Shown here: positions 1-7,597 of the stretch, piece after piece | Numbering within the stretch: the stretch's first letter is position 1 | How the letters are laid out: every line of letters starts with the position of its first letter | Assembly: GCA_001303705.1 (NCBI GenBank) | Contig: LJUI01000007.1 | Coordinates: 1-62,985 of the forward strand | Direction: 5' to 3' | DNA length: 62,985 nucleotides | DNA from: a candidate division TA06 bacterium SM23_40 | GTDB lineage: Bacteria; LJUI01; SM1-40 | Notes under the pieces: model-generated | The model's database searches: none | Told to the model about the DNA's origin: nothing | Seen by the model: the letters and a program-made list of their open reading frames with translations, nothing else | Program-made: the position numbers and the translations under genes

Positions 1-2043
1 TGAGCGCGTCCGTGTTGTGTCGTTCCCTGCTGAATCGGCGGCACCTACCTCGATCGTCGCAAATCCCGCCTCTGCGAACCGATAATCGCCCTGGTAGGTC
101 TGGAGCACCACCTCATCCATCTGCAACACGGTCTCGGAAGAATCGACCCTCACCGTCGTTGTCGGACCACTTGCGAGCGGCTCGTCACTCACCACCCAGA
201 CGTCCAGATACCGCGTGAGGAACGAGTTGTGCAGCAACGCAATGCCGAGTGAAGGCGGCGTGATGTCCATGAAAGTGGTTGTCAGGGAATATGGTTCCTG
301 GGCAGACCACGAGCCCTCATACCCGAATACCCTCACATAGAAGATATCACCAGATGTCCCAACATGCCAGTTGATATCCTCGTCCTCTCCCACTCCATTT
401 GCCGACGTGGCAACGAGTGCTGTACCCCTCCAGAGCTCAAGGTTATAGTCGAGGCCGGAGGGAACATCGAGATGAACGTCGATCGTATCGTCCGCTCCAA
501 CGCTGAACCAGTAGAAATCCACATCATCTTCGCTGAAGATATAAGAGATATAGGCCTCTCCCGGCGGATTTATCGGGCCGTATGCCTGTGACAGACTGTC
601 ATTCGGCTCGTACAAGTCCGTGCCGATCGCCACGGAACAGGTGATAACGTCCCCATCCTCGCTGATGTCCCACACGGATACGCCAGTATCGCTTCCATCA
701 TAGGCGTTACTATTCGGATTAGAGAACGCATCGAACGTCCGGTTCTCTGTGCTGCCGGGATAGAAATCCCCGGCATCTCCCCTGTTCCAGTTGGACCAGT
801 CATCAAGGTGGTTGAGCCCGTCGGCCTCTTCGAGATCGACCCCCTTGTGATCCTTGTCGCCGTTGACTGTGTTGCTGGGGAGACCGGCTGCGATAACGGT
901 CTCGTCAATGTGCCAGATGAGAAGACCGTGAGATCCCGGGGGGTAGCTCTGATCGAACCCGATCTGCTGTCGGTTCTCGAGCAGGAAGTACTCGATTGTG
1001 TCCGACGGACTCGACGCACCTATCATGTACACATCGCCTGCCGTCTCGACGGGAGGGAACGAGATACCCAACAGATCCGCAGTAGCGACAGTCGGATCGA
1101 TCCATCCCAGGAACTTCTTAGACCAGGCGCAGAGATGGACCGGGTAATGAGGAGTGTTGCCATTACCTCCCCACGCTCCAGTTGACATCAACCCGTAATT
1201 TCCGATCCCATCGGAATCCGGCCACGTGGCCGGCGTTGTATCGTACAGATCCGGCAGGCCCAGGGCATGGCCGAACTCATGGCAGATGACGCCGATTTCG
1301 ATCATCCCGTCGGCGACAACAGAACTTATCTCCGGACAGATGAGATATCTGTCTACGATCACACCATCGTCGGTCCCGTACGCACTCACACCTGTCCAGT
1401 TGGAGAGTTCCCAGTTGTGTGACCAGATATCGTACCCGCTCGCCGAGCCCTCAGCGCCCTCTCCCGCGTGGATCACGATGAGCGCGTCGACCTGATTGTC
1501 GTTGTCGTTATCGAATAGAGAGAAATCGACTCCCGGGTCAGCCAGCTCCAGCGCGGCGACGATGAGGCCGGCGGCATTATTCGGATAGTCGCTGATCCCC
1601 AGTCCCCAGTTCCCCCCTGATGAGTAATAGGATCGATCATACGGTGCGTGGTACCAACCATAGGCATCACCATCGACGGTATACGCTCCGTACGAGACCT
1701 CATGGTAGTACTCCTGCATCGTCCCGGTAGCGTGCGGGCCATCGAACAGCTCACGCTGGAAGTTCGTCCGGGAGTACGTAAATGCCAGATCGGTATAGTC
1801 GATCAGGAGAACCGGATAGTATTCAGTCCCCTGGACCGGGCAGGTCCGAGAGAGAACCGGTAACCCTTCGGCAGTCATCTCCACCGTGACATGGCTGAGG
1901 ACAGGCGATTCCATTCCCCTGATCGCATGGGTCGGATCGGAGATGTCCAGCCCCGGACGCGGAGGCATGCCGAACGCCATACCACAGAGGACGGCACAGA
2001 TTACGCCAGCCACCATAGGCCCTTGAGCAAAACCTCTCCTCAT
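1..2043 (-). CDS. M6-family (immune inhibitor A-like) secreted zinc metalloprotease; C-terminus runs off the left edge
   Basis: Absent from the ORF track because it has no stop inside the window. My minus-strand translation from ATG 2043-2041 is open for 681 codons down to position 1. The start shares 1 nt with the upstream TGA. N-terminus is signal-like (MRRGFAQGPMVAGVICAVLCG). Zinc motif VICHEFGHALGLPDLYD (HEFGH about 1267-1281). LLENRQ...LLIWHIDE segment is typical of M6 peptidases. Confidence 0.85.
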   Translation of the reverse strand, partial: MRRGFAQGPMVAGVICAVLCGMAFGMPPRPGLDISDPTHAIRGMESPVLSHVTVEMTAEGLPVLSRTCPVQGTEYYPVLLIDYTDLAFTYSRTNFQRELFDGPHATGTMQEYYHEVSYGAYTVDGDAYGWYHAPYDRSYYSSGGNWGLGISDYPNNAAGLIVAALELADPGVDFSLFDNDNDNQVDALIVIHAGEGAEGSASGYDIWSHNWELSNWTGVSAYGTDDGVIVDRYLICPEISSVVADGMIEIGVICHEFGHALGLPDLYDTTPATWPDSDGIGNYGLMSTGAWGGNGNTPHYPVHLCAWSKKFLGWIDPTVATADLLGISFPPVETAGDVYMIGASSPSDTIEYFLLENRQQIGFDQSYPPGSHGLLIWHIDETVIAAGLPSNTVNGDKDHKGVDLEEADGLNHLDDWSNWNRGDAGDFYPGSTENRTFDAFSNPNSNAYDGSDTGVSVWDISEDGDVITCSVAIGTDLYEPNDSLSQAYGPINPPGEAYISYIFSEDDVDFYWFSVGADDTIDVHLDVPSGLDYNLELWRGTALVATSANGVGEDEDINWHVGTSGDIFYVRVFGYEGSWSAQEPYSLTTTFMDITPPSLGIALLHNSFLTRYLDVWVVSDEPLASGPTTTVRVDSSETVLQMDEVVLQTYQGDYRFAEAGFATIEVGAADSAGNDTTRTRS

Positions 2044-2546
2044 CATTTCTCCTCTTCTGCCCCGCCCACGACAATGGCGGAAAGAACCTCCAGCGCAAAG
2101 ATGGGCTCACCCTCCTCCTTCTCTTCCACCAGTCTGCCCTTGAGGAGGAGCGTCTTGTTGAGGAAATCGCTCAGCACATGCGGCCGCTCCTTCTCCTCCT
2201 GAAGGCGATGAGGTGGCACCTCGAGCGGCACCCACGGCCTCACAGGAATCTTCGCCCCGCCCCAGTCTTCGAGCACGAGGTCAAGATCCGTGAAGTAGTT
2301 CGTCCCTGCGTTCCGCAGCATCCCGTAGACCACCACCACACCACCTGCATATTCCTGCGGCGAGGCCGCAAGCGCGGCCACACTGGCCACGCGCCCCGTC
2401 TTCCCTCACACTCCGAGCCTGCACCCGGGCGAGCCCATGAGAAGTGCTGCCGAGAGCGCAAGCACAACCAACATCCCGGCTTTGAGCCATCCGGGACATG
2501 CGTTTCGTGCGGGCGGTCTATGCTGTCCGATGTTCCAGCTCACCAT
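2043..2546 (-). pseudogene. Small secreted/lipoprotein-like hypothetical protein interrupted by one in-frame TGA (2406-2408); pseudogene or recoded (Sec/readthrough) gene
   Basis: Track ORFs 2406..2594 and 2043..2390 are in the same frame, separated only by a TGA plus 5 codons. ATG 2546 has an AGGAG 6 nt upstream and encodes a signal peptide (WLKAGMLVVLALSAALLMGSPGC). The downstream part starts at a GTG without a usable RBS. A promoter lies at 2630-2658. Confidence 0.5.
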
Positions 2547-2629
2547 TTGTCGCTCCTTGAGGTACGCGTCGATAGGCCGAAAGAGACGATCCATGACGTT
2601 GTCGCAGGCGGCGCTACAACCCCATGAAA

Positions 2630-2658
2630 AGACTAACCGACAGTATCAAGTTTGTCAA
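2630..2658 (-). promoter_or_regulatory. sigma70-type promoter candidate TTGACA-N17-TAGTCT for the 2546 gene and M6 protease
   Basis: Minus-strand TTGACA at 2658-2653, a 17-nt spacer, then TAGTCT at 2635-2630. It sits about 85 nt upstream of ATG 2546. Confidence 0.45.
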
Positions 2659-2792
2659 GGTTGGGTCTCCTGTTTACTCACAGCGCAGCAACGAGGCCTA
2701 CGGGCGAGCAAGCTCCCGCCACCCAGATCCGATCAGGAGGGTAGATGATCCGGAGTCCGCCCAGAATGCCCAGAATCCAGCTCACAACGGCC

Positions 2793-2821
2793 TTGACATC
2801 TCCACACCTGGGTAGCATTAT
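2793..2821 (+). promoter_or_regulatory. sigma70-type promoter candidate TTGACA-N17-CATTAT upstream of ridA
   Basis: TTGACA at 2793-2798, a 17-nt spacer, CATTAT at 2816-2821. It lies about 70 nt upstream of ATG 2892. Confidence 0.4.
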
Positions 2822-2891
2822 GGCGATATGCTGCCTCACCCTGAACATTCTCTATACCAGCCCAACTCGAATGACAGTATGGAGGGAAAAG

Positions 2892-3281
2892 ATGGATCGG
2901 AAGATCGTTGACACCTCACAGGCGCCCGCGGCGATAGGCCCATACAGTCAGGCGATCGTGGCCGGTCCTTTCGTATTCACCGCCGGGCAGATCCCTATCG
3001 ACCCCGCGACGGGCGAGGTTGTCGGCGGCGGCATCGCCGAGCAGACAGACCGCGTATTGCGCAATCTCGCCAGCGTGCTTATCGCCGCCGGGTCAGACCT
3101 TCCGAACGTAGTGAAGACCACTGTCTATCTATCCGATATGGACGACTTTCAGGCGATGAACAAAGTGTACAGCCGATTCTTCGAACAACTGCCTCCAGCA
3201 AGGAGTACAGTGGAGGCATCGCTTCCCAGAGATGTCAAGGTGGAGATAGATGCCGTGGCGCTGATCGCGGACCGACGATGA
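2892..3281 (+). CDS. ridA: RidA/YjgF-family reactive intermediate (enamine/imine) deaminase
   Basis: The internal ATG 2892 of track ORF 2745..3281 is preceded by GGAGGG. The sequence MDRKIVDTSQAPAAIGPYSQAIVAGPFVFTAGQIPIDP...VKTTVYL...ARSTVEASLPRDVKVEIDAVA is a classic YjgF/RidA sequence of about 129 aa. Confidence 0.9.
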   Translation: MDRKIVDTSQAPAAIGPYSQAIVAGPFVFTAGQIPIDPATGEVVGGGIAEQTDRVLRNLASVLIAAGSDLPNVVKTTVYLSDMDDFQAMNKVYSRFFEQLPPARSTVEASLPRDVKVEIDAVALIADRR

Positions 3282-3388
3282 GGATCCGGTCTCTCCCGCC
3301 GGAAAGCACTGTCTGGCGGTGGAGCGACATCCAGCGGCAGAGCGATACTGAGCGGTGGAACGACACTATACGATGGAGGTAGAGATCC

Positions 3389-4069
3389 GTGAGAGTTCTA
3401 GGTGTGGTGGGCTGGCTCGCCGCCATCGGACTGGTCATCTTCGGCTACGTCGTCTATGACCGTCAATACCGTCCAGCCCTTGCCGAAAACGATGCCCTGC
3501 TCCGCGAGAATGCGATGTTTGTCGATCTCGTGTCGGAATTGCGAGGAATGCCCCTCGTCTCGAGAGATGCGCCGGAGAGCCGACCTGACATGGATGCTGT
3601 GACCAGGGACCTGGAGGCCACACTCCGCGATGAGATCGCAGACGGCGGTGCCGAAGTCAGACGGGCGGCGGGGCGGCTCTCGGTGACGCTGCTCGACGAC
3701 CTGCTGTTCGAGTCAGGGGAGGCGGAACTTGCCGATGAAGGTAAACGGGTGCTCGATCGGCTCGGCCCCATCCTCACCGGGCTTCCCGGCCATACTGTAT
3801 CGGTCGAGGGTCACAGCGACAATGTCCGGATCGGTCCCCGGCTGAGGGAGCGCTACCCCACGAACTGGGAGCTCTCTGCAGCGAGAGCCACACACGTGGT
3901 ACGCCATTTTCAGAACGAGCTGGATATCGATCCCGAGCGACTGGAGGCAGTGGCGTACGGCGCATATCGCCCAGTCGCAAGTAACAGAACGGAGTCAGGC
4001 CGGGCAAAGAATCGCCGCATCGAAATCGTGCTCATCCCCCAGGCGGCTGTGGAAGGAGGAACTGACTGA
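3389..4069 (+). CDS. OmpA/MotB-domain membrane protein
   Basis: GTG start with GGAGG upstream. One N-terminal TM segment, then a C-terminal OmpA-like peptidoglycan-binding domain (LLFESGEAEL...VEGHSDNVRI...NWELSAARATHVVRHF...NRRIEIVL). Confidence 0.8.
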   Translation: MRVLGVVGWLAAIGLVIFGYVVYDRQYRPALAENDALLRENAMFVDLVSELRGMPLVSRDAPESRPDMDAVTRDLEATLRDEIADGGAEVRRAAGRLSVTLLDDLLFESGEAELADEGKRVLDRLGPILTGLPGHTVSVEGHSDNVRIGPRLRERYPTNWELSAARATHVVRHFQNELDIDPERLEAVAYGAYRPVASNRTESGRAKNRRIEIVLIPQAAVEGGTD

Positions 4070-4641
4070 TGGACCGGCGCAACCCGATGTCCGTCTGTGC
4101 CTCCCGCTGTGCCTGCCTGGCATTCGTCGTACTCCCTTTCTTCGTCTCTGGCGCATCGTGTACCACACCCCTCCTCCAGCAATCCCCGGATGAATCTACA
4201 CACGTCTCCCTCCGCCTCCCCGAAATCGATCTCCCGGATCGTCCCCTACCCACGAAATCGCCTCTCTGGGCGATGTTCGCATCCGCCATCATCCCGGGAG
4301 GCGGACAGCTGTATACCGAAAACACCCTCCGTGGACTCGCATTCTTTGCCGCGCAGACTGGCGTACTCACTAAGCTTCTCCTCGAGCATATCGAGACCAC
4401 GGATAGCTGGGCACGGTATCAGCATACGAACGATCATTCCGCGTACCTCGACTACGAACATCACTTCGAACGCCGGTACGACTACTTGTGGTGGTGCGGG
4501 CTGATCTGGGGACTCTCCATTGCCGATGCGTACGTCGATGCCCATCTGTACGGCTTCGAGGAGAACGGTATCCCTTCGCTGTCCCTATCGCCGACGCTAT
4601 CTCAACCCGGTCTTCGGATCTCGCTCGCCGTATCCTTCTAA
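4069..4641 (+). CDS. Membrane/lipoprotein-like hypothetical protein with DUF5683-like IPGGGQLY motif
   Basis: Start overlaps the upstream stop (TGATG), indicating translational coupling. Signal/lipoprotein-like N-terminus (LAFVVLPFFVSGASC). The motif SAIIPGGGQLYTENTLRGLAFFAAQTG resembles DUF5683. Confidence 0.6.
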   Translation: MDRRNPMSVCASRCACLAFVVLPFFVSGASCTTPLLQQSPDESTHVSLRLPEIDLPDRPLPTKSPLWAMFASAIIPGGGQLYTENTLRGLAFFAAQTGVLTKLLLEHIETTDSWARYQHTNDHSAYLDYEHHFERRYDYLWWCGLIWGLSIADAYVDAHLYGFEENGIPSLSLSPTLSQPGLRISLAVSF

Positions 4642-4815
4642 GCGCCCAGTGGCGGGGCTCTTGTGTCCGACTACCCAGTTGCGGCATGGCACGTTCTTTC
4701 CGCGCAGGCCCTGTGATGGCAAGGCCATAGGCCCGCACGCGAGTCGTTGCAGATCGAGACTTCGCTCATCGCGGTCATAGATATCGCTCACGGAGAGGAA
4801 TGATAGTAAGAACAC

Positions 4816-4844
4816 TTGACAGAAGGAGCGACTCCCATTAAGAT
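4816..4844 (+). promoter_or_regulatory. sigma70-type promoter candidate TTGACA-N17-TAAGAT
   Basis: Exact -35 hexamer at 4816-4821, a 17-nt spacer, TAAGAT at 4839-4844. It lies in a 550-bp non-coding gap. Confidence 0.5.
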
Positions 4845-4850
4845 TATGGA

Positions 4851-4945
4851 AAGCGCGGTCGGCGCGCGGTGAGAAGAAGGTCAGGGTCTGAGGTTCGGGG
4901 GGTAACGTCGGCCGCAGGAGCGAGGCCGACGTTTTGACTTTTCTG
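4851..4945 (+). ncRNA. Candidate ~95-nt small RNA or terminated leader (promoter-to-terminator unit, no ORF)
   Basis: The predicted TSS is about 7 nt after the -10 box at 4839-4844. The intrinsic terminator at 4904-4945 is the first strong structure downstream. No start codon with an RBS lies in between. Confidence 0.35.
4904..4945 (+). terminator. Rho-independent terminator (10-bp GC stem + U-rich tail)
   Basis: AACGTCGGCC (4904-4913), a 10-nt loop, GGCCGACGTT (4924-4933), then TTGACTTTTCT. The U-tract is present only on the plus strand. Confidence 0.6.
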
Positions 4946-5190
4946 CCCCAGGGGGGAGACGTCGACCACACGTGATAGTTCAGCCTGCGAAGCGCTACTC
5001 ATTGGACGACCTTCATCCGGCTAGTGCTATTACATTCGAGTGCGGGCCGGAGATGTGTAATGGGTCGCCACGGAAAGGAGGTGGGGCACTGACGAGCTAA
5101 TTACGGTTGGAGGGGTTCGGACGCTGGGCAGAAGACAGTTCGCATCGATCACACACCCAGGATGCCGAATAAAAAAGGAGGACTTCGCCC

Positions 5191-7272
5191 ATGAGACTGG
5201 CCGTGCGCCTTTCAACTGTCCTCGTAGTTGTCGGATGTCTCATTGTGTGGGCGGCACCGATCAATGCGGAGCGAGCCACTCCCCATGAATGGAGGCTCCT
5301 CCCCTCTGCGAGGGAGGACCAGGGAGTGACGCCGATGTCTCCTCTTATCACCTCGGCCGGCGGGGGCGAGGGATTCGACGGAACATGGATCCCCGATGGT
5401 TGGATCGCCCTCAACTATGGAACAGACCCTGCCGGGCTCACCTGGATCCAGACAACGGGGAATCCCTTCTGGGGCGAGGGCGCCGCGTTCGTGCCGTATG
5501 GCTTGCCGGCTGAGATGCAGAACGAGTGGCTCATCTCCCCAGCGATCGATCTGAGCTCAGGTCCTGTGGCGGTCGGGCTCATCTTCCGGAAGACCTGTTC
5601 CTGGTGTAGCTACGCGACGCACCTCAACTACGTCAAGGTGTCGACCGCAGATGACCCTACCGACACCACGGCATATGTCCAGGAGTGGTCATGGGACCCA
5701 TTCGGGACCTCGGACTTCGTCTGGTCAGCCGATACGGTGAACCTGACAAGCTACGCCGGAGACACGATTTACATCGCGTGGCAGTATCTCGGGAACTGGG
5801 CAGAGAACTGGTACCTCGACGACATCAGAGTCGTGTGGCCGACTGTCGTCGACCTCGGAGTGATATCCCTCGAAGTACCCGATCCCTGGGTGCTCGTCGA
5901 CTCCACGTACACCCCTGAGGCGATGGTCGAGAACTTCGGCATCGGGACACAGCAGTTCGATGTCATCTGCCAGATCGATACCGTCGGCGGAACTGCGTAT
6001 TGCGACACGGTCAATATCGCGGCCCTGGCGGCCGGGGATGTGACGATAGCGTCGTTCGATCCCTGGACACCTGATGCGGCGGACATGGCCTACGCAATCA
6101 CCGTATCGATCGGAGATATCTCTGACGGTGTCGCCTCCAATGACACGATCACGGCGAACGTCTGGTGCGGCGACTCCTATGAGTACGTGTACGATGACGG
6201 CACGCCGGAGGCCACTATCGCCCAGTCAATGAACTGGTACGGCAACTGGTTCGACGCGTACTACACCCCGATATACCTCCAGTACCTCGACTACTATGTC
6301 ATGGACTACACAGGCGATTTCATCGCCGTCGTCTACGACTCGGTCGGGGTCTCGGAGCTGTTCCGCGACACCGTGACGGTCAGTGTCACGGACGACTGGT
6401 ATAGAGTCGACCTTACGTCGCACCCGCTCGAGGTGACGAGAGGCTTCATGGTCTCGTACCACCCGCTCTCCGCAGGCAGTCCGCAGCTTGCAATGGACGC
6501 GGGTGCGCCGATCAGCGAGCTCGGCTACTCGTACTACAGCAGCCAGTGGAACACGCTCGACGGCGACTATCCGGGTGTGGACCTGATGATCCGCGCGACC
6601 GCCAGCATCGATTCGACATCAGCCGCCTACGTGGACGCGGCCGTTGTCTCTATCGATGCACCGACGGACACGGTCATCCCCGGCGTACCGGTCGACCCGA
6701 TGGCCACTGTGGCCAACTACGGGACCGCAAATGCCACGTTCTGGACGTTCTGCATGATCGACTCCCTGGGAACGGAGATCTACATCGACTCCCTCGAAGT
6801 CGTCGATCTGATGCCGGACAGCATGGAACAGCTCACGTTCGCCGCCTGGACACCCGGTCCAGCCGGGACGACTTACGACATCGAGGTCTGCACGTATCTG
6901 GCCGGCGACATGGATCCCGGCAACGACTGTCTCACAGCGCAGACCTCGTCCACCGGCGTCTCGGGGGGCGACGATGATCTGTTGCTGACGCCAAAGACCT
7001 ACTTCCTCGGTCAGAACAAGCCCAATCCGTTCCAGATGACGACCTCGATCAGCTACGCGCTGCCGCATGGTTCACGAGTGACGCTCGGTGTGTACAATAT
7101 CGTGGGCCAGCTCGTCCGCACCGTAGTGGACGAATGGCAGCCGGCGAACGTCTACTCCGTCGCGTGGGACGGAAGGGATGAGCATGGGCGCGAGGTCGCG
7201 AGCGGTGTGTACATCTACCGCCTCGAGACCGAGGACTTCACCGCGACCCGCAAGATGGTCACGCTGAAGTAG
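5191..7272 (+). CDS. Secreted protein: choice-of-anchor-J-like N-terminal domain, Ig-like repeats, FlgD-like/T9SS-type C-terminal sorting domain
   Basis: AAGGAGG RBS and a signal peptide. The N-terminal domain reads GFDGTWIPDGW...NEWLISPAIDL...YAGDTIYIAWQY...WYLDDIRVV. The C-terminal tail reads LGQNKPNPFQMTTSISYALPHGSRVTLGVYNIVGQLVRTVVD...VAWDGRDEHGREVASGVYIYRLE. Confidence 0.85.
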   Translation: MRLAVRLSTVLVVVGCLIVWAAPINAERATPHEWRLLPSAREDQGVTPMSPLITSAGGGEGFDGTWIPDGWIALNYGTDPAGLTWIQTTGNPFWGEGAAFVPYGLPAEMQNEWLISPAIDLSSGPVAVGLIFRKTCSWCSYATHLNYVKVSTADDPTDTTAYVQEWSWDPFGTSDFVWSADTVNLTSYAGDTIYIAWQYLGNWAENWYLDDIRVVWPTVVDLGVISLEVPDPWVLVDSTYTPEAMVENFGIGTQQFDVICQIDTVGGTAYCDTVNIAALAAGDVTIASFDPWTPDAADMAYAITVSIGDISDGVASNDTITANVWCGDSYEYVYDDGTPEATIAQSMNWYGNWFDAYYTPIYLQYLDYYVMDYTGDFIAVVYDSVGVSELFRDTVTVSVTDDWYRVDLTSHPLEVTRGFMVSYHPLSAGSPQLAMDAGAPISELGYSYYSSQWNTLDGDYPGVDLMIRATASIDSTSAAYVDAAVVSIDAPTDTVIPGVPVDPMATVANYGTANATFWTFCMIDSLGTEIYIDSLEVVDLMPDSMEQLTFAAWTPGPAGTTYDIEVCTYLAGDMDPGNDCLTAQTSSTGVSGGDDDLLLTPKTYFLGQNKPNPFQMTTSISYALPHGSRVTLGVYNIVGQLVRTVVDEWQPANVYSVAWDGRDEHGREVASGVYIYRLETEDFTATRKMVTLK

Positions 7273-7296
7273 CGCCTGGATTCGCAGCAGTACCCC

Positions 7297-7332
7297 GAGA
7301 GCCCGCCCTGTCCAGGGCGGGCTCTCTCTTTT
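7297..7332 (+). terminator. Rho-independent terminator
   Basis: GAGAGCCCGCCCTG pairs with CAGGGCGGGCTCTC to give a 12-14 bp stem, followed by TCTTTT. It lies 25 nt after the stop at 7272. Confidence 0.8.
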
Positions 7333-7509
7333 CCTGCGCCCTCTCTCCCGGAGTCGGCAGGAGCGTACATCAAGATCCCGGCCGCATTCCCGGGTGCGAT
7401 CTACCCCTCTGAATCACTCCACCCAGGTGCAGATCGAACACCGCACACGGCGGAGCCGCACACAGAATGCCCCAATCCTATGCCGTTCTCCTGGGCCAGT
7501 ACATGTGAA

Positions 7510-7538
7510 TTGACAGGCCCGAACAAGGATGGTAACAT
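7510..7538 (+). promoter_or_regulatory. sigma70-type promoter candidate TTGACA-N17-TAACAT for the giant regulator
   Basis: TTGACA at 7510-7515, a 17-nt spacer, TAACAT at 7533-7538. It overlaps the track start codon at 7529, which argues for the ATG at 7598. Confidence 0.5.
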
Positions 7539-7597
7539 GGCGAGGAGCGAGTAAATCGATTGCTGCACCCTGCATCGGTCAGCATACGGAGCGCACT

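Noticed and set aside
4687-4701. A sigma54-like TGGCACgttctTTCC in the gap after 4641.
   Set aside because: The -12 box lacks the invariant GC (TTCC instead of TTGC), and no GGTGCGG palindrome lies upstream. It is probably a chance match.
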